Of a stretch of DNA of 64,000 bases, positions 24,233-35,452 are shown one piece after another. The DNA is from Octopus sinensis (taxonomy: Eukaryota), in the NCBI RefSeq assembly GCF_006345805.1, contig NC_043002.1, positions 35,402,001 through 35,466,000 on the forward strand, in the 5' to 3' direction. Positions within the stretch are counted from its first letter, which is position 1; every line of letters begins with the position of its first letter. Both the position numbers and the translations under genes were made by a program. The notes under the pieces were generated by a model, which saw only the letters and a list, made by a program, of their open reading frames with translations, was not told the DNA's origin and did no database searches.

Positions 24233-25613
24233 ATTGAGTACAGACTACCATCACCAAATGAATATCTCAGTGGACACTGATTAATTCCATTTACAGTTAT
24301 AAATTTAGTTTAAGAGTGAAGTGAAATTTATCTCAAATTCCCACTGTAAATCAAGCAGATCATTAATATGTTAATGAATCCTAGATAACTATAATGAAAG
24401 GAAAGAATTAACAGATATTATTAGCAATAAAGCACAATCAAATTCAAAGACCTAATCTTTAATGATGTGATGAATAAAAGAAGAAGGGAAAAAATATTGC
24501 TAATTATTCAGTTCCTCAACTGTTTTCAATATTGTGTTACAGTTAGATTTACTGAACTAGCAAGACTTCAGCATTTTTCTTTAGACGATGTCTACAGATT
24601 TGATCAGTTCTGAAAAATAAGATAGCTTTTTCTTAATAATTTGTCTAATTTAGTCTCCTCTCATTAAAAATGCTGGTTATTTCAGTTATGAATGTTGTGC
24701 GCGTGCACACACACACTATTATTATATATATATATGTAATATACACACACAATATTCATCCATCACAATATTACTGTAAGTAATGTCAAATTTATGGGTA
24801 TTCATTTAGAGACATTATAGTAGCTTTAAACTTTTTATTGAGACTAAAAGAATCATGTGACTGCTTGTCATTTAATTATAACTATGTAACTTAATTATAC
24901 ATTATAACTAAGAATAAAAAATAAAAAAACCTATGAAGGCCTGAAAGATAATTCTTGCTTGATAAAAAAAATTAAATTAAAGCTGTATGTGGCTTATTTT
25001 AAAGTGAAGAATAATAAACTTTGCAAGAGAATGTAGGTAACTAATCTGTTTGTAAAACATTGTCATTTGTATTTCTTTCACTGAGATTCAAATTCACCTA
25101 GTTAGATTCCCTAAATAATGAATATTGTATATAAAAGCTACTTATTATTGGTTCTTTTATAATGGTGGTTTCAACTACTTGATCCACTCTTATGGGTGCT
25201 CAGTTCTCTCTTCAATTCTCATTTTCAACTCACCTTTAGGATTATGTCCCAAATTTATTGTAATTACAACATCATAGATTCACTTATCTACATGAATGTT
25301 TCTACTCTAATTTAAAAGGTCATCTCGTGTTTTTCAGATCTGATCTACCTTTTGGTAAATGTAACGAGATGGTTTGGGGGAAGTGGGTTTTCACTTGGCT
25401 TGTAACACATTGAACTTCTAAATATCTTCAGATAATAGTTTGTCACTATCTGTTTATCCACTGTGTGGCTCTTTCCAGTTTTCTAAATATCCTTGCAACA
25501 TAAAATCTTGTATTGTTACTTATGCACTACTGCTGCTGCTATTATTCATTATTGATGTTATTTCTTCATAAGATCTCTATTGATAGAAGTGACCAGTTGC
25601 CATCTAGGGAAGG

Positions 25614-25650
25614 GGGTTCTGTCCTCAGCCAGTGATGTTGAGCAGAACTC
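25614..25650 (+). promoter_or_regulatory. IRE-like RNA hairpin 3
   Basis: GGGUUCUG-UC-CUCAGC-[CAGUGAU]-GUUGAG-CAGAACUC; 14 bp with G.U pairs that only work on the + strand. Confidence 0.45.
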
Positions 25651-26589
25651 ACTAGCTGTCTATTTTTTATATGCTGGCTTTCCCCAAGGAATTTTATTTT
25701 TTCGTATATATTTCTAAATCTAATGTGATATTATTATCAGTGTTATTTTCAATAACCTGCAATATTGAAATGTTTACTAATATGATACAGAAATGTATTA
25801 AAAAAAATTTTTTTTAACATCTGCTAAAATAATATTTACCAAAATATATAGAAGTGGCTCATGAGCTAATATTTCGTAAAATCTGTGTGTTTGGCCTGTC
25901 TGCTTGTAGGTTTATCATTGTTCATTTGATAGCATAGTTTTTGCTTCAAACCTTACTCCATTTTCTTATGTTTTGTTTAGTCTACTTTCATTATTATTAG
26001 TGGCGGATTGGGAGAATGCTTAATGTCAGAAAAGTGCTTTGCAGTATATGCTATACATTCTGAGTTCAAATTCCACTGATGTCAACTTAACTCTTTCAGA
26101 GTTAATAAAATATAGTACCAGTCATATTCTGCCGTTGATGGTATTCACTATTCCTGCTCTCAAAATTGCTGGTTTATACCTCAATTAGAAATCTTTTTTT
26201 TTTTTATATTCATCCACTGATCTATATATTTATTCATAAATAAATGCATGTATAATTTTTGGAAATGATGAATCTCGAAGCAAATAAAGCTATAAATAAT
26301 AGTGTGTAAATATTGGGTTAAAAAAACAGAATTGGATGAAAACAAAATGTCAAAGGCTCTCTGTGGGACTTGATCCCACATCTGTAAACATGACTGGAAT
26401 TCAACCATTGACAGTTTCTTGATCCATTTTAGAAACTTAGCAATGAGAATTGTTTGTTGTTGACATCAAAAGAATTTAGAACCTTCGAGAATGTGAAACA
26501 TGTTTATTTATAAATAGATACAAGTATAGCTATTCATAGATAGGGATATCTATGTATATAGGTATGTGTAATATCTCTCATATATATAT

Positions 26590-27760
26590 GTCAAACACAC
26601 ATACACAGAGTGTGTGTTGTTGGTTTGCCAGGTGGCTGCATATAATCTCAATGCCCTTGGTGTTAAAACACCTGATAGCAGGTCATAGCCAAGTGAGACA
26701 ACTTGCATCAACTTTTTTCACAGCGACAAACATTGATGTTTCATCATTATTGTGACTTGTTAATGCCATGTACCAAGCAAGAGATCTGCAGTGAGCTGTC
26801 TAACTGGCTATGACTATATGCTAAATGGTTTAAGAACCATCTGCTGGCATATCCCAACATGTCATGCCATGGACAAACAGAGAACAGGAATTAGAAGTAG
26901 CTTGAGGTACATAAAATTGAACACACACAAGGTGTGTATGTTAGTTTGTTGGGCAGCTTTTTTTTTTTTAAGTGTAAGAATATTTGTAATCTCAATGCCC
27001 TTCTTGTAAAAACACCTGAAAGCTAAGTAAGACAACTCTCATCAAATCTGGGGTTTTTTCACAGTGAAAGGCATCGATGTTTTGCCATTGTGATTTGTCA
27101 ATGCCATGTACTGAGCAAGAGGTCTGCTGTGAGCTAACTGGCTATGATTATATGCTAAATGTTGTCATAGCTGGTTAGACAGCTCACAGCAGACCTTGAT
27201 GGGTACACAGCTTTAACAAGTCACAACAATGATGAAACTTTGCTGTCTGTCACTGCGAAAAAGAAAAAAAGGATCTGATGTGAGATGTTTCACTTGGCTA
27301 TGGCCTGCTTTCAGGTGCTTTTATGCCAAGGGTGTTGAGATTATATTCCTTACACTTAAAAGAACACAGCTGCCCGACAAACTAACAACACCCACACCTT
27401 GTGTATATCTGTTTGACTGTTTATATACATTCAGCTGCTTCTAGTTTATATTTTAATTTTTTTTTCTGACATGACATGTTGGGACATGCCAGTTAGACAG
27501 CTCACAGCAGACGTCTTGCTCAATACAGAACAATGACAAAACATCAATGTCTGTTGCTGCGGAAAAAGGGATCCGGTGACAGTTGTCTCACTTGGCTATG
27601 ACCTGCTTTCAGATGTTTTTACACCAAGGGCATTGAGATTATATTCTCTTATGCCTAAAAAAAAAAATGCAGCTGCCCAACAAACTAACAACGCACACAC
27701 CTCTTATATGTGTGTTTGACTTTGTTTATATACTTCAAGCTACTTGTAATTCGTATTTGA
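26590..27760. repeat. Imperfect ~1.2-kb palindrome made of four ~300-340-bp units (two tandem units per arm)
   Basis: TAATCTCAATGCCC at 26643 and 26987; its reverse complement GGG(C/T)(A/G)TTGAGATTA at 27330 and 27628; centre loop 27148-27164. Confidence 0.9.
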
Positions 27761-28401
27761 ATATATATATATAAAGCTGTAAAATACTGATCTTCAATAA
27801 AAATGCCAGAAAAGTAAATTAGTTGAATTCTAGTGTAATTCAAGATATGTGAAATAATAATTAGTTATCACATTTTAAAAACATCTAGTCCTAATAGGGA
27901 ATGGTAATTTAAAAATTTCTTATAAAACAAAAACCTTGAGATATTATATACTTACAATATAGAAATCTACTCTGACATTTGTTATTAAGCTTATGTAAAT
28001 CTGATGCTTGTAGTTAAAATTACTGTTTAAAGATTTTTCATTAATTTTATGTGAATTTTTTGTGTTGAACTTATTTTTCCTGCTTACCTCTTGGTAAAAG
28101 TGTTTATAAAATGTTCATTGACTTTTGAAGTTTGACTAATTACACCGTTTTCATTTTGATTTTGAAATTTTTCTTTTCCGTTGAGATAACTTAGGAATGT
28201 ACACATTCTTTCGTTGTGTAATTTTATATAGATTCTTTGTGTTTTGGTTTTTTTCGTGTCTTTTAGATTCAAAACAATTTTAGCAAATTTGATGCAATGT
28301 GTTTGAATTTCATTTCTAATTGCTAAAATTTTTACATGTTAATTTTTTTTAAATTTCACTTTTAAAATTATTTTCCAGGATAAATTCCTGTTTTATTATG
28401 G

Positions 28402-28432
28402 CATGTGCGTCAACCAGTGAGTTGAGCAGATG
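28402..28432 (+). promoter_or_regulatory. IRE-like RNA hairpin 4
   Basis: CAU-GU-GC-G-UCAAC-[CAGUGA]-GUUGA-GC-AG-AUG; perfect 5-bp upper stem and hexaloop, but the bulge is G rather than C. Confidence 0.45.
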
Positions 28433-29713
28433 ACAATTTTTCTGTTATCTTGGTAACATCATATTATCCAGTGACCAACACTATTTAGTTTTCATTCATT
28501 AACAACTTAATTTCTCCTTGAAATGTTTTTTAATGATTGATATAAACATTGTGAGGAAAATGTATTATTTTATTTTCATATATTTATTTTTGAAACCTTT
28601 ATTTATTTTGTTATAAACTTAAATGTTCTTAGATGCCCCCCTTTTATTTAGATGCTATAGAGTTTTTACTTTTAAGTAAATCTTATTTTTTCAAAGCATT
28701 TTATATGAAAAAGAGACCCATAAACTAACTGGATTGTAAAGACATCACTTGGTGGCTTAGTCACCGAATAACCAACTCTAGACAGATCAGGATGGCAACT
28801 CAATAGAAGCTTATGTTAGTCTATTTGGCAAATACTAGACAACTCCAAGGATAATTAGGTTTTATTAGGCATCACTATACAAGCCAAAGTAGTGATGAAT
28901 TGCTATAGAGTTGTACAATACCGTACGAGTGAGTGAGAGATTTATCATATTAAAAAAAATCATTGAAGTTAATTTCTTAGAGATGCCATCCACATGAAAA
29001 ACAATAGTTAATTTAGTGTTAGATATGTATAATGTATCATGCATTAAAATCCTAATTGGAAATATTTATGCAGTGGTGGTTTTGTGGAATAATACAACTG
29101 GAATATTGTTACATATATGTGACAATAAGTAAGCTGTGAAATCTATGCTCTGTTTTGGAAGTCTTACAAAGATTAATATATGACAAGAGCTAAGTCTATT
29201 TTGGCAAACACCAGAAACAACTTCAAACTTTTATGAAGGGCTACAAGCCATAGCTGCTTGTCAGGCACTCCATTTGATTTAACCCAGTTCATCTCTGTAT
29301 AAATATTCCTTTAAAAAAAATTCTATCTGTTATTAGGACATTTTTCCACTTGAGATTTTTATCTTAGTTTAGAGTTCTTTAAGTATTCTATACATAGATT
29401 AAATATCAGCAGCTTATAAAGTGCTAAATAGCAAGAATAACACAACGAACCTGATAGAGAAAATAAGCATCTATTTAGTATATTATTGATTATAAATACA
29501 AACCTATTTACCTCATACAGGTTTTATATTCTATTAGGAAATGCAAAATGAAAAATAAATAGTGGGGGAATGGTATGCATAAGACAATTTAATTAAATCA
29601 ACTCATTTAATGTGGTTTGAAAGTTTCTGCAATCTCCAGTATGGTTATTGAAAAAATTTTAAGAATATTTAAGTTACTGTTGGTCATTGGGATAAATAAA
29701 CGCCATTATAAAC

Positions 29714-29751
29714 GGGTTTCTGTCCTCAGCCAGGGAAGTTGAACAGAGCTC
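29714..29751 (+). promoter_or_regulatory. IRE-like RNA hairpin 5
   Basis: GGGUUUCUG-UC-C-UCAGC-[CAGGGAA]-GUUGA-A-CAGAGCUC; closest relative of hairpin 3. Confidence 0.4.
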
Positions 29752-30184
29752 ATTATTTGATCTGATTTTATTCAGAATAAATTATAAAGAAAGAGATATA
29801 CAGAAAATCATATATTTTGATACAGAATTTTATCCCAAATTGTTATGTATTTATTTTCATCCCAATTTTGTCTTTACTTTAAAAATAAAGTGATAAGAAA
29901 AAAAAATTTTGTTTTGTTTTAAGTATTTGGAATCCAAGAGATTTAACTGAAATCTATTTTCAAAGATAATTTCTGTCATCATGCATTCATTTTAACATTC
30001 ACTTTATTTTGCTTGCATGGGTCTAACAGAATTCCTCGTGGCAGATTTTTCTCTGGCCAGGTCTTCCAGCCATAGCTCTCATCTGTTTCTACAGAAGATT
30101 GGAAATGACGCTATTTGTATGACTGACTCATTTACAACTACTGCATGATGTGAAGGCAAGGTGATACATACACACACACACATA

Positions 30185-30999
30185 CAATGTCTGATCAGTA
30201 AGTATCCAGACTGTTACCATAGTAATGCAGAGTGAAGCTGCTTGGAAAAAATTCATCTTGAACTCTGCCATGCATGCACACTAAGTTTTAACATTCTAAC
30301 TCACTTCACTGTTTACAGGAATGTGTATAGCATGTGGTTGCTGCATTAACCATGACAGAAAGTTGAACAGGGAAGCTGCATCAAATTTTGCCAAAAGCTT
30401 AGAGATACTAACTCAGAGGCCTATGCAAAGTTGCAGAAAGTGTATGAGCCCGAAAAATGTCGATATTGACAACTATTCTGGGATATCTGTAACCAGCAGA
30501 ACTGAGAAAAACATTTCAGATATGCAAGCAGCTGTAAAGAGAAATTTTCAAATCACCGTGTATGAATTATCAGAGTATGTGTAGATTAGTTACGGTTCAG
30601 TTCTGTACATTATCACTGGAGATTTGGGTATGAGACACATGCCTGGCAAGTTTATGCCAAAACTGCTTTTAGCTGACCAAAAACACAATCGGGTTTCAGT
30701 TGCATAAGATCTGGATTGTGTTGAGAATGATGTAAACTCTGTAGGCTTCAGAGCAGGTATCACCAACATTTTGGCAAAGTTTGACGCAGATTGTCAGTCA
30801 TGGTCAATGTGACGATCACATGCTACATATTTTCATTTCAAGCATAACTGCAAACAGTGGAAGTGAGCTAGAATGTTGAAACTTACTGTGTATGCACAGT
30901 AGAGTTAATGAATGGTCAATCTGTGCCAAGTGGCTTCATTCTGCATGCTTTAGCTTCATCACTATGGCAGCAGTCTGGAAGATTATCCATCATCCCACG
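30185..30999 (+). mobile_element. Non-autonomous mariner derivative with long inverted arms
   Basis: TA-flanked. The 5' part encodes a decayed mariner HTH (SCIKFCQKLRD...GKFMPKLLLADQK); the 3' part is an inverted copy of the 5' end. Same internal junction as 57216-58090. Confidence 0.8.
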
Positions 31000-31018
31000 T
31001 ATATACAGTATATAAATA

Positions 31019-33765
31019 CATCCACACCTCCCACACTCTCAGGGTGGGCACCCTCAACGTTGGCACATTGAAAGGTAGGTCTGGCGAGATAGTCGAGATG
31101 CTTGAACGGAGACGTGTTGATGTATGTTGTATGCAAGAAATAAGGTGGAGAGGAGGATCTGCTAGGGTCCTCACAGGCAAGGAACACAGGTACAAGATTT
31201 TCTGGGCAGGGAACACTGACGGGGTTGGTGGCGTGGGTATACTTATCGCTGAGAAATGGATAGATAGAGTAATTGAGGTAATCAGAGTAAGTGACAGAAT
31301 ACTTAAGATTAGAATAGTGCTTCATAATAGATTAGCAACCATTATATCGGCCTATGCCCCTCAGCCAGGGCTACCCGATGGACAGAAAGACAGTTTCTAT
31401 GACACCCTACTGCAGACCACCTCATCGACGAACGACAGGGACCTTCTCTTTGTGGCTGGTGATTTCAATGGGCATGTTGGACGACATGCTGGGGGCTTCC
31501 ATGGCGTACATGGAGGCTACGGTTATGGTTCCCGCAACGAGGAGGGAACCAGGCTGCTGGAGTTCTGCGATGCGAATAGTCTTATGGTCTGCAACACTAA
31601 CTTCAGGAAACCAACAAGCCACCTGGTCACCTACCGATCGGGCCGGCATACTAGCCAAATCGACTACATCCTTGCCAGAAAAAGGGAAAGATGGCTGCTT
31701 AAAAATGCCAAAACCTTCCCAGGCGAAGAATGCACCCCACAACATAGACTGGTAGTTAGTGACTTTAGGATCAGGACTAAGAGGGCGACTAGAAGACGAC
31801 CAACACGGAGAAGAAGGGTCTGGGAGCTTAAAGCCCCTGCGAATGGACAGAGATTTAGAGATATGTTACTTGAAGCCTTTGACGAAGTGGAAGGGGGTAT
31901 AGCTACACATGGGGTAGAAGACAACTGGACGTTTCTGAGGGACAACCTGCTGAAAGCCGCTGACCAGATCTGTGGCTGGTGCAAAGTCCCCTTAAGACCC
32001 AAAATAACGTGGTGGTGGAACAATATTGTTGACAGGGCTATTAGACAAAAGAAACAGGCTTGGAAGGCCTGGAAGAACGGTGGTAGCAGGGAAGGGTATC
32101 AGACTGCCAGAAGGGAAGCTAGGAGACAGGTCTATCTAGCCAGAGGGGAAGCAGATAAGAGAAAATTTGCCAATGTCCTGCGCCGTGAGGATGAAAGACT
32201 TGAGGTATTTCGTGTTGCAAGACAGTGTGTGAGAGAGAATCGTGATGTGGTAGGAGAGAAATGTGTTCGCATGGAGGATGGTTCACTTGCGCTAAATGAG
32301 GATGCAAAGAGAGAAGCTTGGAGACGCCACTATGAAAGGTTACTGAATGAGGAAAATGAATGGGATAAAGAGAGTCTGCCGAATGTTGACTCTACAGAGG
32401 GACCAGCTATCCGAGTTGATAGTTCCGTGGTAGCTAAGGCAATTAGAAGCATGAAGACAGGGAAAGCCCCAGGCCCATCAGGAATTACTGCAGAGATGCT
32501 CAAAATATCTGGCAGTGTCGGCTATAACCTAGTCACCCGTATAGTCAACCAGGTGATACACGAAGGAGTCATACCCAATGACTGGTGCAGCAGCATACTA
32601 GTCAACTGCTACAAAGGTAAAGGTGATGCCCTAGATACAAATAATTACAGAGGTATCAAGCTGTTGGATCAAGTAATGAAGGTTACGGAGAGGGTCATAG
32701 CCCAACTAATTAGAGAGAGAGTTAGTTTAGATGAGATGCAGTTTGGGTTCGTGCCAGGGAAAAGTACCACTGATGCTATATTCCTGGTAAGGCAGCTGCA
32801 GGAGAAATACCTAGCCAAAGATAAGCCCCTGTACCTGGCTTTCGTTGACATGGAGAAAGCTTTTGATAGGGTCCCCCGATCCCTTATCTGGTGGTCAATG
32901 AGGAAACTAGGGATAGATGAATGGCTGGTGAGGACTGTGCAAGCCATGTACAGAGATGCCGTAAGTAAGGTTAGGGTTGGCAACATGTACACAGAAGAAT
33001 TCAAAGTAGAGGTTGGGGTCCACCAGGGTTCAGTACTCAGCCCCCTCCTATTTATCATAGTACTCCAGGCAATTACGGAGGAATTCAAGACAGGCTGTCC
33101 CTGGGAGCTCCTCTACGCTGACGACCTTGCTCTTATTGCTGAGTCACTATCAGAACTGGAGGAGAAGTTCCAGGTGTGGAAGGAGGGTTTAGAATCAAGG
33201 GGCCTTAGAGTCAACCTAGCTAAAACCAAAGTACTAATAAGTAGAAAGGTAGACAATCCACAAATATCTTCAGGAAGATGGCCCTGCTCGATCTGTAGAA
33301 AAGGTGTAGGTAGAAACTCTATAAGATGTACCCAGTGTAAGCTATGGACACATAAGAGGTGCAGCAATGTCAAAGGTAGGCTAACTGGGAAGATAGTTTT
33401 TGTATGTGGCAGATGCTCGGGAGCATTAACCTCCGAAAATCTGCAGAAAACAACTTCCGTCACTTTCCAGGGGGAAAAACTAGAAGTAGTTGATAGCTTC
33501 CGTTATCTAGGTGACCAAGTCAGTAGTGGGGGTGGGTGCGCTGAAAGTGTAACTGCTAGAATAAGAATAGCCTGGGCAAAGTTTAGGGAGCTCTTACCTC
33601 TGCTGGTGACTAAAGGCCTCTCGCTCAGAGTAAAAGGCAGACTGTATGATGCGTGTGTACGAACAGCCATGCTACATGGCAGCGAAACATGGGCTGTGAC
33701 TGCTGAGGACATGCGTAAGCTCGTGAGGAATGAAGCCAGTATGCTCCGATGGATGTGTAATGTCA
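31019..33765 (+). mobile_element. Young RTE-clade LINE: uninterrupted ORF with APE endonuclease, RT and Cys/His finger; both ends missing
   Basis: GTLNVGTLKG, QEIRW, GDFNGHVG, QIDYIL (EN); QFGFVPGKST, FVDMEKAFDRV, HQGSVLSP, LLYADDL (RT). Homology stops at TGTAATGTCA, 33765; the last ~35 codons of the listed ORF are flanking DNA. Confidence 0.97.
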
Positions 33766-34222
33766 AACTACTAATGGACAAATATAAAATACAGAAAGAT
33801 AAAAATAAAATATGTGTCCGACTAAAAAGATTTTATCAGATGATTAAAATCTTAAAAAAAATTTTTTTTTAATATTTGAAAAAGTCTTTAACTTCCATCA
33901 TACAAGTACGTCCAAAAGTTCATAAGTAAGCAGACTTCCCAAGGTCAAATTCATATATATATATATAGGTATGTCGCATTTTGTATTTTATATATATATG
34001 TATATGTGTTTCAATGTGAGTTAGATGTTGAGCGTGACCAAATAAGGGATAGTACCTATCCAATATACTGCTGGCAGTGTACCCAAATATTCATATGCAA
34101 GTGCTAGTTATTGCGTGGCAATCTCACAATTGAGTGTTATATATGGGCAGGGGTAAAAAGTGGTTTACCCTTGATTTATAAGCAAATATCCTCTCCACTT
34201 TCTCATTTGCTGTATATATATT

Positions 34223-34790
34223 AGGGAGTATAACTCCAAACTTACAGGGAAAAATTCATTTTAGTAATAAATCAAATTTCACAATTTAAATATATAATAT
34301 ATAAATTAGAGAAAAAACCACTATTATGCAATTCAATGATAGACATAAACCAAATCATAAATGAAAAATAAAATATATTTTTATAAAACATATAACTAGA
34401 TCACAAAAAGTATAAAAATGAAAAATCAATATATAATAAGTAAAAAAAACTACGTGTTTCATGGCTATACTTAAATTCGAATTACAGTTAGATTTAAATT
34501 TAATCGAAAATCAATTCAATTTAAAATTATAGTCACTCTTCAGGTTAACAATAATAGTTAAATAAGCAAATAGAGTTAAACAATATTTATTAAAAAATAA
34601 AATAATGATCTTTCTTATAGAAGAAACTCCATTAGCTAAATTTGAAACTTAAAACATTAGGATCAATTGCCTACAATACATTTATTATGTTAAATATTTA
34701 TGGTAAAAAATAGATTAAATAAATAGAAAAATGTATTTATCTGTGAAGATATAATTTAGCTTAATAAAAAATATTAATTAATATTAGAGT
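34223..34790 (-). mobile_element. AT-rich Penelope-like terminal repeat fragment with hammerhead-like motif
   Basis: Same family as 1-287. Minus strand reads CTGAAGA-GTGACTATA...TATAGCCAT-GAAAC-AC-GTA. Confidence 0.55.
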
Positions 34791-34973
34791 ATAACTAGGG
34801 TAAAGATATTCTAGTTTATTCATCATCATCATCATCATTTAGCGTCCGCTTTCCATGCTAGCATGGGTGAACTGTCCAACCCATGCTAGCATGGAAAGCG
34901 GACGCTAAATGGTGATAATGATGATGAATAAACTAGAATATCTTTAACCTAGTTACACTCTAATATTTAATTA
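34775..34973. repeat. ~95-bp-arm inverted duplication around a 10-nt spacer
   Basis: 34775-34868 versus 34879-34973; arms include an RTE tail and adjacent non-RTE DNA. Confidence 0.95.
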
Positions 34974-35452
34974 CCAAACTATTTTACAAAACAACCACTC
35001 TTAATATATTTAATTCACATATAGTCATTATAAAATAATAAATATAAAATAAGTATCTAAGTTCTAATCAACAAATATAGTAATTAAAAATCCATATTTT
35101 TTCTATCAATAAACATATAAACAATAAATAAATTAGTCCATTATTGCTTACATAAATATTATACATATCTTTGGAAAATATTTATGAAATAAAAAATAAC
35201 AATTGAAAAATTCCAAAGTAAAAATGTATAACTTATCTTTATAAAATACTTATTATTACTATTATTATTAAATGTACCAATACTAGAAATATAATAGGAA
35301 CTTTTAGTTAGATTAAAACATTTTTATGATCTAGATCCCAAAGTGACTAACTAATATTTTAAAATTTACGTTCAGATATAATAACTAAATAAATGTACAT
35401 ATCTAAATTATCATTAACAAATAAAAAAAATTATAAATTCATATTTAACAAT

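Noticed and set aside
26350-26420. tRNA-like T-arm on the minus strand (GTGGGATCAAGTCCCAC)
   Set aside because: No complete cloverleaf; probably a decayed SINE head or pseudogene.
25600-29760. Coding interpretation of hairpins 3 and 5 (minus-strand CSTSLAEDR with three synonymous differences)
   Set aside because: Both frames are closed by stops within a few codons, and the other three copies do not keep the peptide. The variable sites also fall in loop or unpaired positions, so the RNA-structure model explains more. It cannot be fully excluded.
31354-33781. Alternative-frame and antisense ORFs over the RTE
   Set aside because: Shadows of the LINE ORF.
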